Shown here piece after piece: positions 1 through 10,021 of a stretch of DNA of 64,000 bases. This DNA is from Candidatus Thorarchaeota archaeon. Lineage in GTDB: Archaea > Asgardarchaeota > Thorarchaeia > Thorarchaeales > Thorarchaeaceae. The stretch's first letter is position 1. Each line of letters begins with the position of its first letter. A program made the position numbers and the translations under genes. The notes beneath the pieces were generated by a model that was given only the letters and a program-made list of their open reading frames with translations, did no database searches and had not been told where the DNA came from. The stretch is from NCBI GenBank assembly GCA_004524445.1, contig SDNP01000005.1, positions 37,522 to 101,521 of the forward strand, read 5' to 3'.

Positions 1-2
1 AA

Positions 3-674
3 GATGGACAACAGGTTTCACTCGTTAAATCAGAAGAGGAGATACCTCCAGAACCCTATCGGAGAGTAGACGTGGAAGATGACGAATTTGGACTGATTGG
101 CCAAACTGAGCGCCTGATTAAGCAGTATTCCAAGCGATGCCATGTATTATTGCCAACCTTTTGGCTAGAAGTAATCAGACAGATCCACAAATATCGCTCT
201 GAGTCCCCCTACATTGGCGATGCCATAGAAACCCCAAGCAAAGTGATTGCCAGAATCGTTCGCGGGCTACTGACAGAAGCCCCAGGAGCAAGACTATTGC
301 AGGACCTGTCGAAACAACGGTCACAAGAGAATATTTTGAATGCGACCGAGATGGAGAGGATAGAGCGGGCTGTTGCAAGATACTTCCATGGACTCGAGGG
401 AATCCTCAGCAACAAGGAGCCAAATGTTACCGAGAAAATAAACGAGGCACATTCGGCCTTGGATGGATTCGGTTGGGGAGGGCCAGAACTTGAAAAGCGC
501 CTTATTAAACGAATTCACCAGCGGTGTGAAGAGGCGCTTGATAACGCAGAGTCAGTTACAGATGAATCTAGACAGGTTGTCTATGCAGAAATAACAAAGA
601 TGCTCTGCAAGCTGCAACATGCAATACTTGCAGAGCCTAGGCTACGGGAAATACTTGCTCTGATGAAACCATAA
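3..674 (+). CDS. hypothetical protein, 5'-truncated by window edge
   Basis: Frame of ORF 72..674 is open back to position 3 with no stop; helical-looking, no recognised motif. Confidence 0.7.
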   Translation, partial: DGQQVSLVKSEEEIPPEPYRRVDVEDDEFGLIGQTERLIKQYSKRCHVLLPTFWLEVIRQIHKYRSESPYIGDAIETPSKVIARIVRGLLTEAPGARLLQDLSKQRSQENILNATEMERIERAVARYFHGLEGILSNKEPNVTEKINEAHSALDGFGWGGPELEKRLIKRIHQRCEEALDNAESVTDESRQVVYAEITKMLCKLQHAILAEPRLREILALMKP

Positions 675-684
675 AGGTGGGTCA

Positions 685-1014
685 TTACTCCTCTTCTTCA
701 GGTTCTTGCTTTGGGAAATATATGTACTCTTCATTTTCCCCCTTGTCTACTACTACCTTGATGATATAGTCCTCTACTGATTTTATCATGAAGGACAGCT
801 CTTTCAGAGCGTCTTCATCCTCTGGACTCAAGTTCAAATAGTCCTTCAGAAATTCCAGTTGGACACCTTCATCGGTTCCACCTAACTCGTCAACCAATTG
901 ATCGAATCGCTCACCCATTTCCTTGTCGATCTTCATGTTGGCCTTCTGAATCTCCTCTAACTTCTTAGTATATTTTTTCCACGGCAATAAGGAACACCTA
1001 ACTATTTGTATCAT
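685..1014 (-). CDS. small acidic hypothetical protein
   Basis: 109-aa ORF with protein-like composition, convergent with the upstream gene; exact start uncertain. Confidence 0.65.
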   Translation of the reverse strand: MIQIVRCSLLPWKKYTKKLEEIQKANMKIDKEMGERFDQLVDELGGTDEGVQLEFLKDYLNLSPEDEDALKELSFMIKSVEDYIIKVVVDKGENEEYIYFPKQEPEEEE

Positions 1015-1150
1015 AGACTACAGATATAAGTGTCTTGACATGCAGAATATACCATTAGATTTATGATAATGGATTTCATTCGGAAGCCGTATTTGATATA
1101 AGGGGTTACTTCTCTGAGGTGCTAAAGATACTGGTCCTTGAGGGAAAGAA

Positions 1151-2569
1151 ATGTCCACGCTAGATGTAATGTTGAACCCGAAAGCCGCTGCTGTAGTCGG
1201 AGTATCCACAACTAATCCGTTCTCGCCAGGCAATGTAATATTCCGAAAACTGCGCTTCGAAAATCAACTCGATGCATTTCCTATCAACCCGAAGGGTGGT
1301 CTTGTAGAGGGGCAAAAGGTCTACAAGTCCATTTCTGAAGCGCCCGAAGGCATTGATCTTGTTGTAATCTCCGTGGCAGCCAAATATGTACCGAGTGTTA
1401 TGAAGGAGTGCGCTGAGCGCGGAATCAAAGCAGTTATTGTTGTATCAGGGGGTTTTAGCGAAACTGGTGAAGCAGGCGAGAACTTACAAAACGAAATTGT
1501 GGAAATTGCAAATAGCAACGATATGACTATGGTCGGTCCCAACTGCATTGGTGTTTTTGTGCCGCGAGTCCTTGATACCTTCTTCCTCCCATCTGAGCGT
1601 GTTGCTAGACCACGAGAGGGAAACGTTGCAATAATTTCACAGAGTGGAGGCTGGCTAGTGGAGAGGTTAGAAGAATACGCAGCTAGAGACCTTGGAATTG
1701 CAGCCGCGATATCTATAGGTAACGCGGCACAAACCAGAGTAGATGATTTCGTAGAATACTTCGGCAATCGAGATGACATCAGCGTTATTGTAGCGTATAT
1801 TGAGGGATTCCCAGAAGGAGAGGGAAGAGATTTTGTTGAATCAGCCTCTAGTGTCACAGTAAACAAACCGTTGATAGTGCTGAAGGGTGGAAAATCTGAA
1901 GCAGGACACCGTGCAACACAAAGCCACACATCCTCGTTGGCTGGTAGCGCAGAAATTACTTCTGCCGCCTTCAAGCAATATGGAATTCTTGAAGCGATTG
2001 ATGAGGACGAAGTTATGGCGTATTCTAAGGCTTTCTCATTCAAACTCCAGCAGATGCAGGGTTCAAGAATTGGCTGTCTAACAGTTTCTGGAGGACATGG
2101 TGTTATTGCAGTAGATGAGGGGGACCATTACGGGCTGGAATTTCCACAATTCGACAAATCGCAGCGGGATGCCATGCGAGAAGTGATGACACCTTCATAT
2201 CGGGATATCTCTTCATTCAGAAATCCCTGCGATTTGACAGGCAGCGCATCTGACATTGATTATGAGCGAGTTCTTGACGTCATGTTGAAATTTGATAATA
2301 TTGATTCAGCCCTGCTCCTGTTGCTCCCTTATGCTCCAGGGATATCACTACAAATCGGAGCTCGCGTGGCTAATGTCGCCAAGAGGTACCAGAAAACGGT
2401 TGTTTCGTATGTTCCCTACCTTGGGAAGTACGAAGTCATCATAAGAGGCTTTGAGCTAAACGGTATTCCAGTTGGGGATACCATCGAAGAAGCGGTTCAG
2501 ATGCTGAATGGTATCCGGAAGAGATCCGAGTTTCTTCAGCGCATGGGAAAGCTACGCGCTGAGAAATAA
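1151..2569 (+). CDS. acdA: acetate/acyl-CoA ligase (ADP-forming) alpha subunit family
   Basis: CoA-binding N-domain (AVVGVS, PINPK, VSGGFSE, GPNCIG), ISQSG, SIGN, phospho-His motif SHTSSLAG, NPCDLTG. Confidence 0.88.
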   Translation: MSTLDVMLNPKAAAVVGVSTTNPFSPGNVIFRKLRFENQLDAFPINPKGGLVEGQKVYKSISEAPEGIDLVVISVAAKYVPSVMKECAERGIKAVIVVSGGFSETGEAGENLQNEIVEIANSNDMTMVGPNCIGVFVPRVLDTFFLPSERVARPREGNVAIISQSGGWLVERLEEYAARDLGIAAAISIGNAAQTRVDDFVEYFGNRDDISVIVAYIEGFPEGEGRDFVESASSVTVNKPLIVLKGGKSEAGHRATQSHTSSLAGSAEITSAAFKQYGILEAIDEDEVMAYSKAFSFKLQQMQGSRIGCLTVSGGHGVIAVDEGDHYGLEFPQFDKSQRDAMREVMTPSYRDISSFRNPCDLTGSASDIDYERVLDVMLKFDNIDSALLLLLPYAPGISLQIGARVANVAKRYQKTVVSYVPYLGKYEVIIRGFELNGIPVGDTIEEAVQMLNGIRKRSEFLQRMGKLRAEK

Positions 2570-3032
2570 AACAACTAAGATACGAAACTTCTGATGAATC
2601 CCTATAATTTCACTAGTAAGTTGGAAGCTATTTGGCGGGAGAAGCAATTTGACTCGGACAACAAAGGGCCGGGTCTTTAAAATTTGCCAGGATGATGATC
2701 AAATCTCGTCGCGGGTCAAAATCGAAATGCTGAATCAGAATTTGATTGAAGTGGAGTGTTCTGCAATGATAATTGACGCGTTGCCGGAATTGTAATCTTG
2801 ATTGGAATATTGTTACGTGGAACAACCCAGTCATAGCCCTTTGTTTCTACGCTGTTTGTGCCATTCTTGCACCAGTCATGCTGGTCACGAGAGAGAGAAA
2901 TTGGTGACGGATAACTCATGCCCGGTTCACCACATTACTATACTATCCATAGGTGAAGCATTGCTTACGAAATTGGGAACTAATAGAGGAGGACTATTCA
3001 TGCGCTAATTCCTGTACTAATTTACTGAGATG

Positions 3033-4157
3033 CTAAGGTCTAGATGCAAATAACTTGCTGTCGATATTGATTGATTCCAAAGCCTCTCTGAGTTTTCCCG
3101 TTATTATTAGCGGACATAACTTGGCCTCTTCAACAGTCTTGCAGCCAGTCAGATACATTGCAGTCTTCAGACTTCCCAAGAATAGCTGCAATTCTGCAAT
3201 AACATTCTCCGTATCTCCATTGACAGCGGGCTCTAGCAGTGGCAGAGCAACTCCAGCAGAAGATGCACCAATAGCGAGCGATTTTGCGATATCAACTCCC
3301 GACCTGATGCCACCCGTGGCAATTATTTCCAGACTCGTCAGCCTATTGACCATTATTACACTGAGAGCAGTAGGAATACCCCAATTCCAAAATTCGACAC
3401 CAAGCTGAGCCTTTGCTTCGTTTTTTTCCTGCTTTGCTCGATAATACTCCACTGCGGCCCAAGATGTACCACCAAGGCCGCCCACATCTACACCAGACAC
3501 ACCAATAGACTCAAGAATTTCAGCAACACTGCTAGATATGCCCGCTCCTGTTTCCTTTACAATGACCGGAATTTCCACAGCATCAACAATCTTAGAGATT
3601 CTTTCGATCACTCCGCTTGAATCACAGTCACCCTCGGGTTGTACTGCCTCCTGTAGAGGATTGAGGTGAATTGCCACTATGTCAGCGTTGACCATTTCAA
3701 TTGCGTCTAGTGCAGCATTTGCGTGAGTTGCACCAATATTGGCTATAATGGGTACGGTGGGAGCATGCTCTCTTACAACGCGAAATGTATTCTCTAGCTG
3801 AGGATCCTCTATTGCTGCTCGTTGGCTCCCGACGCCCATCGGCAATCCAAGCTCTTCTGCAGCTTCTGCCAAACGCCTATTGATATCAAGGGTATCAGGG
3901 TGACCTCCAGTCATGCCAGCGATAACTAACGGTGCGTTAGCTCGGAGGCCCATGAAGTTGGTTGTAAGATCGATCTCGCCCCTATCGATTTCTGGTAATG
4001 CATTATGAATAAACGAGATATCTTCGAATAAGGAAGATTGTCCAGCTTGAACGTTCTCTTGCAGACAAATCTCAATATGTTCGATTTTCCTCCGTCTGGT
4101 TTGATCCGCTTCATCACTTTCTTCTGTAGGAATGCTGCCAGTTCTTCCCTTCGACAT
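3033..4157 (-). CDS. fni: type 2 isopentenyl-diphosphate delta-isomerase
   Basis: RKIEHI, GMTGG, GVGSQR, HLNPLQEAVQPEGD, VKETGAG, GGTSW, GGIRSGVD motifs; ATG at 4157 preferred. Confidence 0.95.
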   Translation of the reverse strand: MSKGRTGSIPTEESDEADQTRRRKIEHIEICLQENVQAGQSSLFEDISFIHNALPEIDRGEIDLTTNFMGLRANAPLVIAGMTGGHPDTLDINRRLAEAAEELGLPMGVGSQRAAIEDPQLENTFRVVREHAPTVPIIANIGATHANAALDAIEMVNADIVAIHLNPLQEAVQPEGDCDSSGVIERISKIVDAVEIPVIVKETGAGISSSVAEILESIGVSGVDVGGLGGTSWAAVEYYRAKQEKNEAKAQLGVEFWNWGIPTALSVIMVNRLTSLEIIATGGIRSGVDIAKSLAIGASSAGVALPLLEPAVNGDTENVIAELQLFLGSLKTAMYLTGCKTVEEAKLCPLIITGKLREALESINIDSKLFASRP

Positions 4158-4273
4158 GATGATCAACTACGAAATCGAGGTACGAATTTGTAGATAGTAC
4201 TTTTGGTTGAAGTGTTTGCATATTTACTTGCGCAAGGCGAAGTATTTATGCGTAGATAGAGGTCTTTCAGAAC

Positions 4274-4813
4274 GTGAGAAACATCATGGATGATGAAGAT
4301 AAGTATCGAGTAGAGGAGCCACGCAAATCGGAAGAGAGGACAGGTTTCCTGAGACCCCTCCCTGAGGCACCAAGGAAGACTTCTTCATCGGGAGAGGCAA
4401 TTACGACCTTTCTTGGCATAACTATGAGAGAAAGAGTAAGAGACTATCTCGTTCTTTTCATGATACCAGCCTGTGCTGCGCTCATTGATACTTACATCTT
4501 CAGTCAAATTGTGATTGATGCTTTACCCGATACGGCAATCTATGTCTTCATGATTCCGATGATTGCTGCTATTCCTGTTGGACTTACAGCAGGAAAGACC
4601 AGCGATGCTATGATTGGTTCGCTGCTAACAACGGTATTCTATCTCGTTTTCTTTACACTGTTCCTGGTGACACCAGCTTGGCTAGCACCTGAGGCAGATT
4701 TTGGTAGCTTCTTCATTACTGGCTTTGTTGTATCTGCAGGATATGTGTACATTGTTATTATGGCTAATCTTCTAGGCGCATTATTCGGAATAATCATGCG
4801 CGAATTTCTTTGA
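4274..4813 (+). CDS. membrane protein (about 4 TM), unknown function
   Basis: Charged N-terminus followed by four hydrophobic segments. Confidence 0.75.
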   Translation: MRNIMDDEDKYRVEEPRKSEERTGFLRPLPEAPRKTSSSGEAITTFLGITMRERVRDYLVLFMIPACAALIDTYIFSQIVIDALPDTAIYVFMIPMIAAIPVGLTAGKTSDAMIGSLLTTVFYLVFFTLFLVTPAWLAPEADFGSFFITGFVVSAGYVYIVIMANLLGALFGIIMREFL

Positions 4814-4825
4814 AAATGCAAAAAA

Positions 4826-4862
4826 AGAGGAAATAATATATGCGGCGGTTTCTCCGGCCGCA
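4826..4862 (+). promoter_or_regulatory. candidate BRE/TATA plus GC-rich inverted repeat before the pur operon
   Basis: A-rich tract then AAATAATATA (4831-4840), about 26-35 nt before the purN ATG; TGCGGC...GCCGCA palindrome at 4841-4862. Confidence 0.4.
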
Positions 4863-4865
4863 CAC

Positions 4866-5474
4866 ATGAAGCGAATCGCTGTTCTAATAAGCGGACGCGG
4901 AACAAACCTTCAAGCACTTATTGACGCAGAATCGCGTGGTGAATTGGCAGGGAAGATAGCCGTCGTCGTGAGTAACAAGAGTAAGGCACAAGGATTGAAA
5001 CGTGCGAGTAAAGCCGGAATCAAGACTGAAATTGTCACCAAAGTCGATTTTCCACAAAGAGAGGAGCATGATCGCAAGGTCGTAGAAGTCCTTGAATCAA
5101 ATGGAGTAGACTTGGTTGTATTAGCTGGATATATGCGACTGCTGTCAGAAGCCTTTGTATCATCCTTCGAAAGTAGGATTATCAACGTACACCCTTCGCT
5201 GCTTCCTGCATTCAAAGGTTTGAAAGCGCAATGGCAGGCAGTTGAATACGGTGTACGAATTTCCGGCTGTACCACCCACTTTGTCGATTTGAAAATGGAT
5301 GCTGGTCCGATAATTCTTCAAAAAACCGTCCCCGTGGAAGAGAACGATACTGGAGAAATCCTAGCTAATCGTATTCTCCCATTCGAGCACGAAATCCTCG
5401 TCAAATCAGTGAATCTATTCTGTGAGGATAGACTTAGGGTGGCTGGACGAAAAGTCGCTATTGAAAATGGGTGA
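4866..5474 (+). CDS. purN: phosphoribosylglycinamide formyltransferase
   Basis: SGRGTNLQA, LAGYMRLL, NVHPSLLPAFKG, GCTTHFV, MDAGPII. Confidence 0.96.
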   Translation: MKRIAVLISGRGTNLQALIDAESRGELAGKIAVVVSNKSKAQGLKRASKAGIKTEIVTKVDFPQREEHDRKVVEVLESNGVDLVVLAGYMRLLSEAFVSSFESRIINVHPSLLPAFKGLKAQWQAVEYGVRISGCTTHFVDLKMDAGPIILQKTVPVEENDTGEILANRILPFEHEILVKSVNLFCEDRLRVAGRKVAIENG

Positions 5475-5480
5475 TGCAAA

Positions 5481-6878
5481 ATGTGTGGTGTTCTAGGCAT
5501 TCTCGGTGACGTGTCACTTGCTAATGCTAGACAGATGCTCCTACTATTAACACATAGGGGACAGGATGCGTCCGGATTGCTTTGGGTTGATGATGACAAA
5601 TATTCTGTAGCGAAGGCCATGGGCAGCCCCGACCAAATTGAACTACCCCATGTAAAAACATCCACTGTTCTTGGAAGCACGAGATATCCGACCACAGGAA
5701 GGCCGGTTGTTTCAAAGGATTATTTGAGAACATTTGTTGGGCCTTTTTCAGCTGAGAATCTGGCTATGACGCATAACGGTAACATTACAAACTTGCATAG
5801 TCTCAGTGAGGGGGAATATGATTGTGATTCAGAATTCATGTGTGAAAGACTCAATCATTATCTGAAAATTCATGATAATGATCTTGTGAAGGCAATCCGT
5901 TGTCTTGATAAAGATCTAGACGGTGCATATAGCATAGCAGGAGTACATGATGGCAACTTGTTCGCATTTAGAGATCCCAAAGGTTTCAAGCCACTCGCAT
6001 TCGGTCGTGGAAATGGGCGGGTAATAGTCGCATCTGAAAGCACAGTTCTCGAAATGGGAGGCGTATCTCTTGAGAGAGATATCTATCCAGGCGAGCTAAT
6101 GATATTCAGCTCGGATACAAAGATGGAATCATACGCCATTTGTCAAAACAAAGCCCATTCACATTGCTTCTTTGAGTATGTTTACTTTGCCCATCCAGCG
6201 GCAATTCTGGAGGGCAACCTTGTCTATGATACTAGATTCAGACTCGGGCGCGCACTTGCTCGCAAATTCAAACAAATGCAACTAGAACAACCAGACTATG
6301 TGGTTCCTGTGCCTGACACAAGTAGACCTGCAGCCCAAGCACTCGCTGAAGAACTGGACGTGCCGATGCGTGAGATCATTCTCAAGAATCGTTACTTGGG
6401 GCGCACATTCATACTTCGTTCACAAAAAGAGCGGGATAATACTGCCAAGGGGAAGTATATCTACCTTAGAGAAAAAGTGAGAGGGAAAAATATCCTGGTT
6501 ATTGATGATAGCATCGTAAGGGGTACCACTGCCAAAATGATAATATCTGACCTTCATCAAATGGGGGCATCGAAAGTGTACTTTGCAGTCACCTGCCCAC
6601 CTCAGAGTCATCCCTGTTACTATGGCATTGACATTGCGACAGACAAGGAACTCATTGCTTCTGAATTAGATATTGACGCCATAGCCAGACACATAGGAGC
6701 AGACGCTCTCATCTATCAAGATGCAACGGCATTGGAGAACGCTATAGGTTTGACCGACATGTGTACAGCATGTTTAGATGGCGAGTATCCAACTGAACAT
6801 GCTAGACTGATTCGGCGAAGCCTAGCAGAGAAGGGTGGAAGCGATACAGGAAGAGATTATGAGAGGGCGTTTCAATGA
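5481..6878 (+). CDS. purF: amidophosphoribosyltransferase
   Basis: N-terminal MCG nucleophile, HRGQD, HNGNI, CFFEYVYFA, PRPP motif IDDSIVRGTT, Fe-S Cys CYYGID/CTAC. Confidence 0.95.
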   Translation: MCGVLGILGDVSLANARQMLLLLTHRGQDASGLLWVDDDKYSVAKAMGSPDQIELPHVKTSTVLGSTRYPTTGRPVVSKDYLRTFVGPFSAENLAMTHNGNITNLHSLSEGEYDCDSEFMCERLNHYLKIHDNDLVKAIRCLDKDLDGAYSIAGVHDGNLFAFRDPKGFKPLAFGRGNGRVIVASESTVLEMGGVSLERDIYPGELMIFSSDTKMESYAICQNKAHSHCFFEYVYFAHPAAILEGNLVYDTRFRLGRALARKFKQMQLEQPDYVVPVPDTSRPAAQALAEELDVPMREIILKNRYLGRTFILRSQKERDNTAKGKYIYLREKVRGKNILVIDDSIVRGTTAKMIISDLHQMGASKVYFAVTCPPQSHPCYYGIDIATDKELIASELDIDAIARHIGADALIYQDATALENAIGLTDMCTACLDGEYPTEHARLIRRSLAEKGGSDTGRDYERAFQ

Positions 6879-7828
6879 AAATAGGCACTATCGCTAGTCA
6901 CAGTGCACTCAACATAGTCTCGGGAGCACGGATAGAGGGATTCGAAACGATCCTTTTTTGCCCTCCAGAAAGAAAGGATTTCTACGCTTCTTTTGGATTC
7001 GAGAACAGTCTTGCCATAATTGATTCCTTTGATGAAGTGCTAGATATGTCACCCGAGAACATAATTATGGTCCCACATGGTTCCTTTGTTGCTTACATAG
7101 GAGCAGAGAAACTCATCAAATCGGAGTTGAAAATATTCGGCAGCAGGAAACTAATGCAATGGGAAGCTGACAGGAATCTAAAATCAAAGCTGCTAAAAAA
7201 TTCCGGACTCAAAGTTCCTCGTGAATTAATTTCGATCGACGATATTGATTGTCCCGTGATTGCAAAGACTCATGGTGCTGCAGGAGGAAAAGGCTACTTC
7301 ATCGCCAAGAACAGAGACGATGCATATAGGAATATGCAACCGGGTGTGGAATATGTGTTTCAAGAATATATTGTCGGTACAAAGGTGTTCGTTACTTATT
7401 TCCACTCATTAGCAAGAGATAGACTGGAGATTTTTGGTGCAGATATTCGTTATGAAACTGATGCCGATGCAAATCTTAGATTTGATGCGCAGCCCTCCTT
7501 TGTTGTTGTCGGAAATATTCCTTTAGTACTAAGAGAGTCCACATTGGCAAGATATTTTGAGATTGGCAAGTCATTCGTAAAGGGTTTCAAAGAGCTTACA
7601 GGGGGAGTGATTCCGGGCCCATTTTGCATTGAAACTATTATCGATAGAAATATGGAGATTTACTCGTTCGAATTCAGCGGTAGAATCGTTGCAGGAACCA
7701 ATATCTGGATGCCATATTCTCCATACTCGTTTATTACTCATCAAGAAAAGATGTGGATGGGTAGAAGGATAGCGAGAGAAATTCGCGAATTACTAGATAA
7801 AAATCTACTTGACGAGGCCCTTCTATGA
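6875..7828 (+). CDS. purP: PurP-family ATP-grasp protein (short paralog)
   Basis: TIASHSAL, VPHGSFVAY, GAAGGKGYF, VVGNIPLVLRES, GPFCIET, RIVAGTN, MGRRIAREI. Confidence 0.88.
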   Translation: MKIGTIASHSALNIVSGARIEGFETILFCPPERKDFYASFGFENSLAIIDSFDEVLDMSPENIIMVPHGSFVAYIGAEKLIKSELKIFGSRKLMQWEADRNLKSKLLKNSGLKVPRELISIDDIDCPVIAKTHGAAGGKGYFIAKNRDDAYRNMQPGVEYVFQEYIVGTKVFVTYFHSLARDRLEIFGADIRYETDADANLRFDAQPSFVVVGNIPLVLRESTLARYFEIGKSFVKGFKELTGGVIPGPFCIETIIDRNMEIYSFEFSGRIVAGTNIWMPYSPYSFITHQEKMWMGRRIAREIRELLDKNLLDEALL

Positions 7829-7927
7829 GTCTGAATGAGAATTCAATTACCACAGAATTCCTAGATAGTCCAAAACATCTGATTGAAGACACTCAGGTTT
7901 CGTTCAGGATGTAGGTGATGCTTGAAA

Positions 7928-9001
7928 ATGAAATTACCAACAATCGGAATGATTGGCTCGCACAGCGCAGAGGAGATTGCAGCATCGGCAAAGACCCATG
8001 GTTTCGAAACAGTTGTGGTTTGCCAACGAGGGAGAGAAAGGTTGTACAAACACTACAACAAGCATCTCTATGATAATTTGATAGTGCTTAACGATTTTGC
8101 AGATACGATTCATGATGATGTGCAACAGCAGCTACAAGATCTTGATTGTGTTTGGATTCCGAACAGGTCTTTTTCAGTGTACGTTGGCTATGACGCTATC
8201 GAAGAAAAGTTCGACATTCCCCTCTATGGGAATCGATGGATTCTTCGAGTTGAAGAACGAGGCCTACCCAAGGACCAATATTGGCTTCTTGACCAGTCAG
8301 GCATAAGAATACCCAAATCCTTCACGCCTTCTCAAATTGATAGACTTGTAATCGTCAAAGTTCAGCAGAAGGATAAACCATTGGAGCGAGCGTTTTTCTA
8401 TGCCGTATCACCAGAAGATTACGAAGAGAAATCCAATAAAATGATTGACGAAGGCCTCATTTCAGAAATTGATTTGAAACACGCTACAATCGAAGAATTC
8501 ATTCTTGCACCTCGATTCAATGCTAATTTTCAAGCATATTCCATGAGCGAGCATTTTGGATATTTGGATCTAGTTGGATTCGATGACAGGATTCAAACAA
8601 ATCTAAGCGGCCTTCTGAATCTCCCTGCAAGGGATCAGCTCAAGATATCTCCGGAGATTACAAATGAAGAGGTAGGGCACAAAGGGATTACAATGCGCGA
8701 GAGCAAAAAGCCATTGGTCTACGAAGCTGCAGAAAAACTTCTTGAAGGCGTGAAAGAACATTTTCCACCACAGATGATTGGACTGTTTGCACTGCAAGGT
8801 GCCTTGACTCCAGAATCTCAATTCATCGTCTTTGATTTGAGCCCTAGAGTACCGGGTTCGCCTTGTGTTGGACCGACCAGTCCAGAAATGAGGAGACTAT
8901 CCATCAAATTTCAGTGTGATATTCACTCCCCACTCGATTTGTGCATGTTGGATATTAGGAAGGCCGTATCTGAGCAGCGTTTGAGCGATGCGACCACATA
9001 G
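7928..9001 (+). CDS. purP: PurP-family formate-phosphoribosylaminoimidazolecarboxamide ligase-like protein (second paralog)
   Basis: GSHSA, IPNRSFSVYVGYD, LERAFF, DDRIQTNLSG, EVGH..TMRES, GLFALQG, DLSPRVPGSP; AGGTGA SD before ATG 7928. Confidence 0.88.
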   Translation: MKLPTIGMIGSHSAEEIAASAKTHGFETVVVCQRGRERLYKHYNKHLYDNLIVLNDFADTIHDDVQQQLQDLDCVWIPNRSFSVYVGYDAIEEKFDIPLYGNRWILRVEERGLPKDQYWLLDQSGIRIPKSFTPSQIDRLVIVKVQQKDKPLERAFFYAVSPEDYEEKSNKMIDEGLISEIDLKHATIEEFILAPRFNANFQAYSMSEHFGYLDLVGFDDRIQTNLSGLLNLPARDQLKISPEITNEEVGHKGITMRESKKPLVYEAAEKLLEGVKEHFPPQMIGLFALQGALTPESQFIVFDLSPRVPGSPCVGPTSPEMRRLSIKFQCDIHSPLDLCMLDIRKAVSEQRLSDATT

Positions 9002-9043
9002 TTATATGCGACCAAATTAGCCGAATAGTAAAATGCCAAGGAG

Positions 9044-10021
9044 ATGCTTCTCAATATGGATTTGATTCACGAAGGGAAAGTCAAGCGGTTATATCAGGAC
9101 CCTGATTCCGATGAGCATGTGATTATTGAATTCACAGATCTTGTGACTGCTGGAGATGGGGAAAAAAAAGAAGAAATCAAAGGAAAGGGACAGCTTGCTT
9201 GTGATACGAATTCACTATTGCTGAAGTATTTACAGGACAAAGGTATTCCAACTCACTTGACAAAGGAGCTTGATGGCCCCAGATTTCGAGCGCGTAAGCT
9301 GGATGTTTTCAAGCTTGAGATTGTTTGCAGAAACAGACCTACGGGCTCCTTCTGCAAGAGATATGGAGAACCGCAATTTGATGCATTTAGTCATCCCTTA
9401 GTTGAGTTCTTTCTAAAAGACGATAGTCTTGGCGATCCGTTCATCTCTAAGGAAGCAGTTACAAGACTCGGTATTGCTAAACCGGAGGAAATGGGAATCA
9501 TCAAATCATTGACGTTGTCCGTGAATTACTATCTTACAGAACTTCTTGCACAAGTAGACCTGGTATTAATTGATTTCAAGCTAGAATTTGGCAGAACTGA
9601 GAAGGGCCAAATCTTGTTAGCAGATGAGATTTCTGGAGATACAATGAGAGTATGGGGGCAAGAAGGCGATTCATTGGACAAGGACGTCTTTAGACAGGAT
9701 AAAGGCAACATCATCGAGGCCTATAGCAAACTCCTCAGGTTTTTAAAAGAAACAAATCCAGACCAAGTGAATACTCGCCCTGAACAGCTGAGTGTTTTTG
9801 TTCTACCGAAGGAAGGCATAAAGAATCCTCCAGGAGAAGTTACAAAAAAGGCAATGAAACGTTTGGGATTCGGTCAGGTCAATGATGTTCGAGTTGGAAA
9901 AATCTTTCAGATTGAAATCGACTGTCCCGTAACATCTGAAATAGTGAAGGAATTAGATATGATGGGACTGAAGCTGCTATCCAATCCAATTGCTGAGAAA
10001 AGAGAAGTGAGGTTTGGTTAG
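9044..10021 (+). CDS. purC: SAICAR synthetase PurC fused to C-terminal PurS
   Basis: EGKVKRLY, TAGDG, DFKLEFG, LADEISGDTMRVW, DKDVFR; then PurS-like LPKEGIKNPPG...VRVGK...LLSNPIAE. Confidence 0.92.
   Translation: MLLNMDLIHEGKVKRLYQDPDSDEHVIIEFTDLVTAGDGEKKEEIKGKGQLACDTNSLLLKYLQDKGIPTHLTKELDGPRFRARKLDVFKLEIVCRNRPTGSFCKRYGEPQFDAFSHPLVEFFLKDDSLGDPFISKEAVTRLGIAKPEEMGIIKSLTLSVNYYLTELLAQVDLVLIDFKLEFGRTEKGQILLADEISGDTMRVWGQEGDSLDKDVFRQDKGNIIEAYSKLLRFLKETNPDQVNTRPEQLSVFVLPKEGIKNPPGEVTKKAMKRLGFGQVNDVRVGKIFQIEIDCPVTSEIVKELDMMGLKLLSNPIAEKREVRFG

Noticed and set aside
1321-2043. 240-aa antisense ORF and similar shadow ORFs (e.g. 54820..55509, 52494..53045)
   Set aside because: They lie antisense to well-supported genes and have no independent motifs.
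2570-3032. Short ORFs on both strands, including the Cys/His-rich 2802..3008
   Set aside because: No recognisable motif or SD and mutually overlapping; may be decayed sequence, but no call is supportable.
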